This document shows, in pieces, positions 38,122 to 46,765 of a stretch of DNA of 64,000 nucleotides (position 1 is its first letter; each line of letters starts with the position of its first letter). Origin of the DNA: Candidatus Aldehydirespirator catecholifindens. Lineage in GTDB: Bacteria; Actinomycetota; Acidimicrobiia; Acidimicrobiales; Aldehydirespiratoraceae. Location of the stretch: positions 15,302 to 79,301 of the forward strand of contig JAPYNU010000065.1 of assembly GCA_028283245.1 (NCBI GenBank), given 5' to 3'. A program made the translations under genes and the position numbers. The notes beneath the pieces were generated by a model. That model had not been told where the DNA came from. It saw only the letters and a program-made list of their open reading frames with translations, and ran no database searches.

Positions 38122-38195
38122 GCGCCTCTAGCTCAATTCGGCAGAGCAACGGACTCTTAATCCGCAGGTTCTGGGTTCGAGTCCCAGGGGGCGTA
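38122..38195 (+). tRNA. tRNA-Lys (anticodon CTT)
   Basis: GCGCCTC-TA-GCTC-AATTCGGCA-GAGC-A-ACGGA-CTCTTAA-TCCGC-AGGTT-CTGGG-TTCGAGT-CCCAG-GGGGCGT-A. It has a G1-U72 wobble pair, and CCA is not encoded. Confidence 0.85.
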
Positions 38196-38306
38196 CCCGC
38201 ATTACGCAGCGCTAAGTCATCGTTGGTGTATACAATACTTAAGTAAGGTCAAGTTCGCTGTCAGAAGCACCCATCTGATGCGGCGTTGGTTTAAGGTGAT
38301 CGTGAC

Positions 38307-39146
38307 ATGGACCGATGTGCAATATTTGTTGACGCTGAATACCTCTACAAAAGAGAGGGAGAGCAGCACAGCGAAAACCGCGGACGCGGAGATGTGCAAC
38401 TCTACTGCTTAGGTGCAAATGAGTTTCTCGCAGACCTCGCCAAGCACAACTGCGGCCTCAATCCGCTTCGCACCTACTGGTATGACACAGACTGCCACGA
38501 CGAAGCCAGCCCTGCACAACAGCAAATAGCCACGCTGCCCAACATGAAATTGCGCCTCCTTGAAAACGGCGCTGCTACTAACCCAAGCGAATTCGTTAGA
38601 GCTGCCATCAAACGTGACTTGTTGACGCTCGCCGAGAACCGAGCCATACGCGAGGCGTTCCTGCTGTCAGACGACGAAAACCTTCGCGACTGCGTCGCAA
38701 CAGCGCAAGACTTGGGCGTGCGAGTCGCTCTTATGAACATTGAAGACTCCGAGGAGGGGCCTAGCTGCGTTGATTCGCTGAAAGCCGAAGTTGATGAAGT
38801 GATCAGCCTCAGCCAAGACGACCTGTTGCGGTTCATGAGAAGATCCCAAAGCCCAGAAGATGCCGGTTCAGATTCTTATGATCCCCTTGAATCAGTGTCG
38901 AAGGCTGCCTCTACGTTCGCTGACGAATGGCTAAATACCGCATCCGACGAAGAGTTCGACGCACTATGCGATCAACGTCCACGCATACCAGAATCACTCG
39001 ACGGTGACCTACTGTATGCAGTGGAGCGCGTTCTGGGAGGCACTTTGCGAGGCCAAGACCGCCTGCGACGCACTGTGCGTCAAGCTTTCTGGAACAGGAT
39101 TGATGAGGAAATCGGCGACTGGCCTCCTGACCGATCGGGACCATAG
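38307..39146 (+). CDS. NYN (LabA-like) domain protein with an uncharacterised ~90-aa C-terminal region
   Basis: CAIFVDAEYLY at the N-terminus, then AFLLSDDENLRDCVATAQDLGVRVALM. These fit the NYN/LabA pattern (xFxDxxN ... SGDxDF ... G..V). An AAGGTGA RBS lies 7 nt upstream. Confidence 0.55.
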   Translation: MDRCAIFVDAEYLYKREGEQHSENRGRGDVQLYCLGANEFLADLAKHNCGLNPLRTYWYDTDCHDEASPAQQQIATLPNMKLRLLENGAATNPSEFVRAAIKRDLLTLAENRAIREAFLLSDDENLRDCVATAQDLGVRVALMNIEDSEEGPSCVDSLKAEVDEVISLSQDDLLRFMRRSQSPEDAGSDSYDPLESVSKAASTFADEWLNTASDEEFDALCDQRPRIPESLDGDLLYAVERVLGGTLRGQDRLRRTVRQAFWNRIDEEIGDWPPDRSGP

Positions 39147-39217
39147 TCGCCCAGCGATGCCCACCACCAACGGTCTTGCCGAAAACTCCGACCCCGCCAA
39201 GTTGCAACAGTTGATTC

Positions 39218-40108
39218 TCAGCTAGCGGTGGCCAGTGCAAGCCACTGCGAAAGCGTCAAAGCCTCAGGTCGAGCAACAGGATCCACTTCAGCTGCTGCGA
39301 AACCGTCATCGTTGATCAGGTCTGCCAGAGAACGCCGTAGCATCTTGCGGCGCTGCCCGAAGGCACTACGAACCAGCATCTCAAAGCGATCCTCCGTTTG
39401 CATCGCCAATTTCGGCAAGTCGCTGTCTTTGAGGCGCTCAATACGAAGCAGTGCAGATTCAACATTCGGCCTAGGCCAAAAGACCGAAGGCGGCACCTTT
39501 GCCACTATTTTTGCGGTAGCCCACCGTTCCAGAACCACGCTGGGGACACCACGCAGTCGTGACCTTGGCGGTGCTGTGAGCCGTTCGGCTGGCTCTCGCT
39601 GCATCAGCACCACCATCGTGGCGATGTTGCTGGCTGAACGTAACAGATCAAGCACCAGTGGCGTGGCGATGTTGTATGGAAGGTTGGCCACCAGCACCCA
39701 ACGCTCACCTGTGCCCAGAACCGAGTCAAAGTCAAGTTGTGTGGCATCGGCTTCCACTACTGTGACACGACTGGCGATGCTTGCACCGTCGGCAAGGTTC
39801 GCAGCCTTTAGCTCGACAAGCAGTTCACGTAAAGCCGCAACCAGACCACCGTCCACTTCCACGGCCAGCACTCTGGCACCGGTGGCGGCCAAACCGAAAG
39901 TGAGCGAACCTAGCCCGGCACCAATCTCCAGCACTTGATCATTGGAACCCACACCACTGAGCCGCGTGATGCGGCGGATCGTGTTGGGGTCCACCATGAA
40001 GTTCTGTCCATGAGAGCGCCGCGGTGCTAAGCCGAAACGGTCTAAGAGGGCTCTCAGCTGTGGTTCGCTGTGGATCAGCGTGGCAGGCGCTTCTTGCAGG
40101 TGGGCCAA
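39218..40108 (-). CDS. rsmA: 16S rRNA (adenine1518/1519-N6)-dimethyltransferase
   Basis: GQNFMVD and the SAM motif VLEIGAGLGSLT. The annotated start overlaps the upstream gene by 34 nt. Confidence 0.9.
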   Translation of the reverse strand: MAHLQEAPATLIHSEPQLRALLDRFGLAPRRSHGQNFMVDPNTIRRITRLSGVGSNDQVLEIGAGLGSLTFGLAATGARVLAVEVDGGLVAALRELLVELKAANLADGASIASRVTVVEADATQLDFDSVLGTGERWVLVANLPYNIATPLVLDLLRSASNIATMVVLMQREPAERLTAPPRSRLRGVPSVVLERWATAKIVAKVPPSVFWPRPNVESALLRIERLKDSDLPKLAMQTEDRFEMLVRSAFGQRRKMLRRSLADLINDDGFAAAEVDPVARPEALTLSQWLALATAS

Positions 40109-41034
40109 GGATCCCAGCCGTTAATCTCATACAGTCGGTAGGCCATCTTGTCTTGATCTGCCGGTGAAGCGTCTATGGGATCAACCCCGACCAGTTCCTC
40201 GTAATACATTCCTGCCACCCAGTCCCAAGTGCGAATTGAGAACTGATAAGCACCTCGGTAGCGGCCTGTACGACTGAGAGCCTCATAGTTGTGCGTTGAT
40301 TCGCAGAACCGCAGGAAATCCCATTGCTCTTCAGTAGTACCTTTAGGCAGTGGATGCGACGACAACGCCTCCACTAAAGAATCCGCAATCTGAGCATCCA
40401 CTGAATCATCCAATAAAGGATCTGCAATCTGAGACTGCTCCGACTGTGTGAGGAGTGTCTCAAAAGCGGAGCCGAAAACCGGCACACTCGTTGGCGGAGG
40501 CTCAGGAAGCACGAACACCGCCACAGTAGTCGTGGTCGTCGTCGTGGTCGTGGTGGTCGTTGGTGCAGTAGTTGTAGTCGTTGGCGCAGTAGTCGTCTGT
40601 GCAGTGGTCGTCTGTGCAGCAGTCGCAATCGTTGGCGCAAACACTGTGGTCGTCGGTGTGGAAGCAACGGCCGTGGACTCAGCAACAACTTCTGAGTTAG
40701 CGGCATCTGCTGTCTGTGAAATTCTCGGGGGGGTAATGGTTACTAAGGGCAGCGTTGTGGAGGTGATGCTGGGATTCTGTGAAGCTGCAACATCAACTCC
40801 AGCACCTACCGAATTGGTGTCTGTAGTGGTGATAGCCGCATCGGCAGTTTCGACAGCAGAGTCCGACGACGAGATTTGAACTGCGGCGAGTCCCCCGAAC
40901 CCAACGACCAGCACAACACCTAGCAGGCTTGCAGATCTGCCAAGCCAGCTTCCTACAGCAAACTCTTTCAAGTGCTGCAGTCTCGATCCTGTAAAGTTCG
41001 TACTATTGCCGTTCAAGGGTTCGTGACCAGTCAT
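40075..41034 (-). CDS. resuscitation-promoting-factor-like transglycosylase with TM anchor and poly-Thr linker
   Basis: The C-terminus WDFLRFCESTHNYEALSRTGRYRGAYQFSIRTWDWV...ASPADQDKMAYRLYEINGWDPWPTC matches the Rpf-domain pattern (CES...G.Y.G..QF...TW ... GW..WP.C). The tatD / rpf / rsmA order matches mycobacteria. Confidence 0.7.
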   Translation of the reverse strand: MTGHEPLNGNSTNFTGSRLQHLKEFAVGSWLGRSASLLGVVLVVGFGGLAAVQISSSDSAVETADAAITTTDTNSVGAGVDVAASQNPSITSTTLPLVTITPPRISQTADAANSEVVAESTAVASTPTTTVFAPTIATAAQTTTAQTTTAPTTTTTAPTTTTTTTTTTTTVAVFVLPEPPPTSVPVFGSAFETLLTQSEQSQIADPLLDDSVDAQIADSLVEALSSHPLPKGTTEEQWDFLRFCESTHNYEALSRTGRYRGAYQFSIRTWDWVAGMYYEELVGVDPIDASPADQDKMAYRLYEINGWDPWPTCKKRLPR

Positions 41035-41849
41035 GATTCTCGTCCGACGATTTCGTTGCTGACTGCGCCTGCGGTGCTGCGTTTATAGAAAGCACAGGTG
41101 GTGGCGAATGTTGCTTTCTCGACCTGGGCCACATTAAGACCTTTAGCTTCAGCCACCGCTGCGCCCACCACGGTCACCAGCGCTGGCCGGTTCGGTTTGC
41201 CGCGATGCGGAACCGGTGCCAGAAAAGGGCTATCGGTCTCGACCATCAGCCGGTCGAGTGGGCACACTCTGGCAGCTTCGCGCACCTCTGGAGCTTTCGG
41301 GAAAGTGACGATCCCAGAAAAAGACAGGACAGCCCCTCGTTGTAGACATTTTTCAGCTTCTTGGGGGCCACCCGTGAAACAGTGCATCACTGTGCGCGAC
41401 GGGATGCCCTCGCTGTCAAGCACCGAAAAGGTGTCGCTCCACGCCGCCCGCGAATGAACCACAAGCGGTAAATCATAACAATTGGCAAGTGCAACTTGTT
41501 TCGCAAAGATTTCACGCTGTGCTGGCCGTGGGGAGTGATCATAGTAGTAGTCGAGGCCAGCCTCACCCACCGCAACGACTACAGGCTGCTCCAGCAGAGT
41601 TTCAAGACCATCAACCCCTTGCGAAGCCTCGTGAGGATGCACCCCGGCAGTGGCCCAAACCCCTTGATGAGCTTCGGCGACGGCTATCGCTTGGCGCGAA
41701 TTTTCGACGTCGGTGCCCACATTGATGAGCAACTCCACACCGACTTTGCGTGCGTCAGCGACCGTCTCCGATGCTGCGTCAGTGCCAAGATGGCAGTGAT
41801 TGTCAGCCCACGCCACAGTCTTGAACCCGTTCTGTGAGGTAGCTATCAC
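41031..41849 (-). CDS. tatD: TatD family metal-dependent hydrolase
   Basis: DNHCHL, GVHPHEA, EAGLDYYY, VHSR and ETDSPFL. Confidence 0.85.
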   Translation of the reverse strand: MIATSQNGFKTVAWADNHCHLGTDAASETVADARKVGVELLINVGTDVENSRQAIAVAEAHQGVWATAGVHPHEASQGVDGLETLLEQPVVVAVGEAGLDYYYDHSPRPAQREIFAKQVALANCYDLPLVVHSRAAWSDTFSVLDSEGIPSRTVMHCFTGGPQEAEKCLQRGAVLSFSGIVTFPKAPEVREAARVCPLDRLMVETDSPFLAPVPHRGKPNRPALVTVVGAAVAEAKGLNVAQVEKATFATTCAFYKRSTAGAVSNEIVGRES

Positions 41850-41900
41850 TCATGACAGCATCTCAGAGTGCTGCGACACCGAACTCATTGAGGTTGTTAC

Positions 41901-43550
41901 TCATAGTGGCTCTTGTTGTACCAGATCAAGTGCTGCAATATCCAATTTTGAAAACAGCGGCTTGGGTTTAGCGATAGTAGTGCCGATCACAAGGGCTGGC
42001 CTCTCCCAGCGCTCAACAGCACCAAAAACTGAATCAAGAGCCTCCGTTGAGAACGGTAGATACGGTGCCATCCCGGTGCGCACACCTGCGATAGCCTCAA
42101 GTGCGGTCACTAGCACCACAGCGGCTCGGTCGGGATCGGTGGAGGCCAACTTCCACGGTTCGTTCGAATTGAGATACGCGTTTACTGCGCCAGCAGCTTC
42201 CATCGCAGCACGCAAACCGGCTCGAAGCTCAACCCGCTCAATGTAGTCAGCCTCTTGACGTAAAGCCTCGTCTACACCCGCTAGCAGCTCAATGTCTGAG
42301 TGTTGGCGCTCACCCACCGCTGGAACCACTCCCCCGAGCGCAGATGCAGCCAGCGACAGTACCCGGTTAACAAGATTGCCCCATGTGGCTACCAGTTCGT
42401 CGTTGATTCGTCGGGCTATTTCTTCCACAGAGATCTCAGTGTCGGCCTGCTCGGGCAGAGCCGCGGCTAGGGCGTAACGCAAAGCGTCAGGCTCAAAAGT
42501 GCTGAGACCTTCCCCGATGGTTAACCCCACTCCGCTGCTTGCGGCCATCTTTGCCCCCGAGAAAGTCACATACTGGTTGGCGGGCACATTATCTGGCAGG
42601 TGCAGGTCGCCGTATCCCATCAGCTGGGCAGGCCAGAGCATGGTGTGAAACGGAATGTTGTCCTTGCCGATGAAATAGGCGTGATGTGCATCGTCGTTGT
42701 GCCACCAGCGCTTCCAGGCTTCGGGGTCACCGCTTCGGGTCGCCCATTCCTGCGATGCCGACAAGTAACCGATCACGGCGTCGTACCACACGTAGATGCG
42801 TTTGCCTTCGCCCAAGTCGTCGACGGGAAGTTCTACTCCCCAGTCAAGGTCTCTTGTGATGGCCCGGTCTTGCAAGCCGTCGTTGGTCCAGCCGAAACTT
42901 GAGTTGAGCACATGCGAGCGCCATCCTTGGCGGGTTTTGAGCCAAGCGTCAACCTGTTCGGTGAAGTCGGAGTAACGAAAATAGAAGTGCTCGGTGGAGC
43001 GCAACTCGGGCACCGCACCGGTGAGACGAGAGCGCGGCTCTATTAGTTCAATCGCGTCAAGGGTGCTGCCGCAGTTATCGCACTGATCACCGCGTGCTGC
43101 TTCGTAACCACAACGCGGGCAGGTGCCTTCGATGTAGCGGTCAGGCAGGAAACGCTCGCTGGCCGGATCATAGAACTGCTCTGAAACACGCTTGTCGATG
43201 AAGCCTTTTTGCAGATGCGTCAAAAACATGTCCTGGGTGACTGAGGCGTGGTTGGGGGTTCCTGTGGTGGTGTAGAGATCCCAAGAGATGCCCAGAAGCT
43301 CCCACTGACGACAGAACTCCGAGTGGTAGCGGTCAACGATCTCTGCGGGAGTGACCCCTTCAGCATCGGCTCGCACAGTGATCGGCGTGCCGTGAACATC
43401 AGAGCCGCTGACCATCAACACATCGTTGCCAGCTAAGCGCTGATAGCGGGCATAAATATCTGCGGGTAAGTAAGCCCCGGCAAGATGGCCAAGGTGACGG
43501 CTTCCCGACGCGTAGGGCCACGCGACAGCGACAAGTACCGGCATTGCCAT
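41901..43550 (-). CDS. metG: methionine--tRNA ligase
   Basis: HIGH-type motif GSRHLGHLAG, Zn knuckle CPRCG...CDNCG, and KMSKS-type motif GAKMAASSG. Confidence 0.95.
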   Translation of the reverse strand: MAMPVLVAVAWPYASGSRHLGHLAGAYLPADIYARYQRLAGNDVLMVSGSDVHGTPITVRADAEGVTPAEIVDRYHSEFCRQWELLGISWDLYTTTGTPNHASVTQDMFLTHLQKGFIDKRVSEQFYDPASERFLPDRYIEGTCPRCGYEAARGDQCDNCGSTLDAIELIEPRSRLTGAVPELRSTEHFYFRYSDFTEQVDAWLKTRQGWRSHVLNSSFGWTNDGLQDRAITRDLDWGVELPVDDLGEGKRIYVWYDAVIGYLSASQEWATRSGDPEAWKRWWHNDDAHHAYFIGKDNIPFHTMLWPAQLMGYGDLHLPDNVPANQYVTFSGAKMAASSGVGLTIGEGLSTFEPDALRYALAAALPEQADTEISVEEIARRINDELVATWGNLVNRVLSLAASALGGVVPAVGERQHSDIELLAGVDEALRQEADYIERVELRAGLRAAMEAAGAVNAYLNSNEPWKLASTDPDRAAVVLVTALEAIAGVRTGMAPYLPFSTEALDSVFGAVERWERPALVIGTTIAKPKPLFSKLDIAALDLVQQEPL

Positions 43551-43649
43551 GATTGGCAGATTACTGCCTCAAAACCCGTACCAAATATGCCCGAGTGCCG
43601 CACACGCGGAGTTCGGCGCTGGTCTGGACTGCCTGTTAGGGCACATTGC

Positions 43650-44516
43650 TTATCGTTTTTGACCAACAACCATGTTGTAGAGCCAGCGACGCGATAACTG
43701 CTGCTCGGCAGCAACTGCGGCTATGGCATCACGGCGCGTCATACCGCTATCCAGCAACTTTTTGACGGCGGCCAAGAGATGCTCTCGGTCCGTTTCGGTG
43801 ATGGCCGCAGCGCTGTCGTGTTCAACAACCGCGCCCTCAACCACAATCACTGCCTCGCCTTTGATGCCTGAGTCTGCCCAGTCGCAAAGCTCACCAAGAT
43901 CTCCTCTGGCTACCTCTTCGTGGAGTTTGGTGAGTTCACGAGCCACCACGGCACGCCGCTGCGATCCGCACTTCTCGGCTAGGTCTCGCAGGCAGTCCGC
44001 AAGACGATGCGGAGATTCATAGATCACCGTGGCGCAGTCGTTCGCTGCCAACTTTTCGAGCCGCCTAGCACGCTCTTTACCTTTGCGAGGCAAGAATCCT
44101 TCAAAGCAGTAACGGTCGGCTGCGAAACCGCTCACCGCCAGAGCTGACAATCCCGCGGAGGGCCCAGGCACGACCGTTACTACATGGCCAGCGTCTGCCG
44201 CCGCAGCCACCAGTCGAGACCCCGGGTCGTTTAGAACAGGCATGCCAGCATCGCTCACCAACGCAACGCTGGCTCCGCCGCTCAGCATCTTCAAGATCTG
44301 AGGGATTGCTGCAACTTCGGTGTGCTCATCAAGGCGTCGCAAACGCAGTCGGTTGCTTCGGGACTGCTTCACTCCGGCGCGTTCTAGCAGACGGCCGGTT
44401 CGGCGAGTGTCTTCACAGCAGACAAGATCCGCACCGCTAAGAGCCTCGACTGCTCGGGGGCTGAGGTCACCCAGGTTGCCGATGGGGGTGGCCACCAGCA
44501 CCAGCGAAGCGGTCAC
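43650..44516 (-). CDS. rsmI: 16S rRNA (cytidine1402-2'-O)-methyltransferase
   Basis: LVLVATPIGNLGDLSPRAVEAL and the tetrapyrrole-methylase-like fold. I place the start at the GTG at 44516, which forms a GTGA overlap with the upstream stop, rather than at 44603. Confidence 0.88.
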   Translation of the reverse strand: MTASLVLVATPIGNLGDLSPRAVEALSGADLVCCEDTRRTGRLLERAGVKQSRSNRLRLRRLDEHTEVAAIPQILKMLSGGASVALVSDAGMPVLNDPGSRLVAAAADAGHVVTVVPGPSAGLSALAVSGFAADRYCFEGFLPRKGKERARRLEKLAANDCATVIYESPHRLADCLRDLAEKCGSQRRAVVARELTKLHEEVARGDLGELCDWADSGIKGEAVIVVEGAVVEHDSAAAITETDREHLLAAVKKLLDSGMTRRDAIAAVAAEQQLSRRWLYNMVVGQKR

Positions 44517-44842
44517 CGCCGGATCTCGAGTTGCGTGCCTTCGATCACACCCCAACGCCTGAGGTTTCCGGCTTCGGTTTCGATCACCGACCGGGCTCGC
44601 CACACCGGCAGTCCCACACGATTAGCGGGCATGGTTGCTACTCGCAGCACCAACATTTCGGCATCACAGTGAGCCACGTCAATCATGAAATGCATCCCGA
44701 AAGTGTGCACAGATCGTGTGCGTTCCAGCAGCAGAGCGCCTTCAATGCCGGAGCGCCCGATCAACCCTCTGCGCCGTTCGCGTCTGCTTGAAGCGATCTC
44801 AAGCGATGCCACTACCTGATCTTCGACTAACAGCCAGGCCAT
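44513..44842 (-). CDS. DUF192 domain protein
   Basis: ERRRGLIGR...SVHTFGMHFMIDVAH...VIETEAG fits the DUF192 pattern (RxxGLMxR ... IHTxxMxxxLD ... LExxAG). The start is set at the ATG at 44842. Confidence 0.65.
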   Translation of the reverse strand: MAWLLVEDQVVASLEIASSRRERRRGLIGRSGIEGALLLERTRSVHTFGMHFMIDVAHCDAEMLVLRVATMPANRVGLPVWRARSVIETEAGNLRRWGVIEGTQLEIRR

Positions 44843-44946
44843 GCCTATGAATCTAACAGAAACCGCGGCTTTAGTCAAATCATTCTAATGCTATTGATGT
44901 TATAACATGATAAGAGAGTTAGTGGGGCATTTGGGAATGGCAAATT

Positions 44947-46020
44947 TCAAACGTTGAACCTGAACTCCATCACATCGCCGTCAGCAACCAGGTAATTCTT
45001 ACCTTCGGATCGCACCAGACCCTGCCGGCGAGCCTCCGACCATGAGCCCACATCCAGCAGTTGCTCCCAGGCAACAGTGTCGGCACGGATGAAGCCCCGC
45101 TGAATATCGGAATGCACGGCACCTGCGCATTCAGCAGCTGATGCTCCAGCACGAAAAGTCCAGGCTCGGCTCTCTTTTTCGCCGGTCGTCAGAAAAGTCC
45201 GCAAACCCAGCAGCCTGTAGGCGGCACCTAAGAACTGATCCAATGCGCCGCTTCCTAAACCTAGAGCAGCCAGCATTTCGGGCCGCTCCGACTCGTCAAG
45301 TTGTGCAGCCTCGGCCTCAAGTTGCACGCACAGCGCCACGACCTGAGCATCTCCCAGTTCGGAGCGCACCGGTTCTGTCAACTCCGCAGCCGACGCGATC
45401 TGGTCCTCGCCAATGTTCACCACTGCCAGAGTTGGCTTGTTGGTGATCATGAAGAACGGGCGCAGTCCCTCACGAACCTCGTCGCCGAAACCCGCTCGAT
45501 AAAGCGGCACTCCATCGGAGAGAACCGCAATTGCCTCACCCAGAATGTCGCGTCCGTCGCGCCGGGTGGGATCGCTCTTGGCTGCCTTGGCCAGTTTGTC
45601 AAACTGACGTGACGCGCTTTCAAGGTCAGCCAGAGCAAGTTCAGTTTCGAGCACTTGCAGGCTGTTGAGCGGATCGTCGTCGCCGTCTATGTCTGTGTCA
45701 ACGAAAGAACGCAGCACATAGACGATGGCATCTGTGTCGCGGATATGCCCAAGGAAGGCGTTGCCTAAACCTTCTCCACGGTTAGCGCCCGACACTAGGC
45801 CACCCACATCAGTGAACTGCACTGTGGCATGAACGACGCGACGGCTTCGGCTCATTTCCGCTAGTGCGTCGAGGCGTTCATCAGCAACGCGAGCCACCCC
45901 TACGTTGGCGGTCTTAGTGGAGAAGGCGTGACGTGCGGCGACCGCCTCAGTGCCAGCTAGTGCGTTGTGCAGTGAGGTCTTGCCCGAGTTGGGCAACCCC
46001 ACAAACCCGAATCGTTGCAT
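44947..46020 (-). CDS. ychF: redox-regulated ATPase YchF
   Basis: G1 motif GLPNSGKTSL, TGS-like C-terminus, 357 aa. Confidence 0.9.
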   Translation of the reverse strand: MQRFGFVGLPNSGKTSLHNALAGTEAVAARHAFSTKTANVGVARVADERLDALAEMSRSRRVVHATVQFTDVGGLVSGANRGEGLGNAFLGHIRDTDAIVYVLRSFVDTDIDGDDDPLNSLQVLETELALADLESASRQFDKLAKAAKSDPTRRDGRDILGEAIAVLSDGVPLYRAGFGDEVREGLRPFFMITNKPTLAVVNIGEDQIASAAELTEPVRSELGDAQVVALCVQLEAEAAQLDESERPEMLAALGLGSGALDQFLGAAYRLLGLRTFLTTGEKESRAWTFRAGASAAECAGAVHSDIQRGFIRADTVAWEQLLDVGSWSEARRQGLVRSEGKNYLVADGDVMEFRFNV

Positions 46021-46151
46021 AGAGAATCCTGCTCGGTACCAATCCTTTCGGCGGTTTTAGATCATCGGCCGAGAGCGGGCTGCCCTCAAACAAACCTGGT
46101 TCGCAGTATTGGCGCAGTATGGCTCGGTCGCAGAGGCTTCTCAGGTCGCAA

Positions 46152-46241
46152 TCAGCTGTTACGTCCGACGTTGGGTTTGCGTCCGTGGTTCGCCTTAGAC
46201 CGGCGAGCCTTGGCACGACGTTTGCTGGTGCGCTTGGACAT
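46152..46241 (-). CDS. 29-aa highly basic peptide, candidate ribosomal protein bL37-like
   Basis: It falls below the ORF-track length cutoff. Reverse-strand ATG at 46241 and TGA at 46154-46152. It encodes MSKRTSKRRAKARRSKANHGRKPNVGRNS. The K/R-rich sequence and ANHG(K/R)(K/R)PN motif match my recollection of actinobacterial bL37. Confidence 0.5.
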   Translation of the reverse strand: MSKRTSKRRAKARRSKANHGRKPNVGRNS

Positions 46242-46310
46242 GGTCTCAGGTTAGCGCCATACAGGAACTATGCAGTCTTCCTAACGCAGCATCCCCAACA
46301 AATAGTTGTA

Positions 46311-46715
46311 ATGAGAACCTTGTCCACCCCTAGCACAGTCAGCACTGGCAAACTTGCACGGATGTTGTTGATCTATGACGGCCAATGCGACTTCTGCATC
46401 CGCTCAGCGGCTTGGATCAGGGCCCGCCTGCCTGCTGCTGCGAGGGTCGAGCCGTGGCAGGAAGTCGCGCTGAAGCAATTCGGCCTGAGCGAAACCGATG
46501 TTCAAACCTCTGTCTGGTGGATTGAAGGCGCAAACAAGTTCAGCGGAGCGCAAGCAATCGGACGTTCGCTGATCGCCTCTGGCGGAAGTTGGGCATTAGT
46601 CGGACGGGTGCTGATCCACCCTCCCGTATCTTGGCTGGCAGAACTGTCCTACAGATGGGTGGCCGCCAACCGGCACCGGCTGAGCTGGATGCACAAGACC
46701 CGACGCACCCACTAA
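46311..46715 (+). CDS. DCC1-like thiol-disulfide oxidoreductase (DUF393)
   Basis: LLIYDGQCDFCIRSAAW carries the DGxCxxC motif of the family. The start is set at the ATG at 46311 within ORF 46119..46715. Confidence 0.65.
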   Translation: MRTLSTPSTVSTGKLARMLLIYDGQCDFCIRSAAWIRARLPAAARVEPWQEVALKQFGLSETDVQTSVWWIEGANKFSGAQAIGRSLIASGGSWALVGRVLIHPPVSWLAELSYRWVAANRHRLSWMHKTRRTH

Positions 46716-46765
46716 CATCAACGGTATACAACATTGACCAGACCAAACCCCTGGAGGAATCAATA

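Noticed and set aside
38196-39217. An integrative element bounded by att repeats at tRNA-Lys. The same idea was considered at tRNA-Asn (28006-29388).
   Set aside because: There is no integrase or recombinase gene, and I could find no direct repeat of the tRNA 3' ends at the distal boundaries. Only composition and gene content hint at foreign origin.
39228-39938. Long ORFs antisense to well-supported genes. Examples: 39228..39938 opposite rsmA, 54612..55373 opposite the acyl-CoA dehydrogenase, 25764..26432 opposite SRPBCC/ABC-2, 35620..36141 opposite the CBS gene, and 40448..40879 opposite the rpf-like gene.
   Set aside because: In high-GC DNA the reverse frames of real genes are often stop-poor. 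These translations are low-complexity (S/A/R/T-rich) with no recognisable motifs, while the opposite strand carries clear domain signatures.
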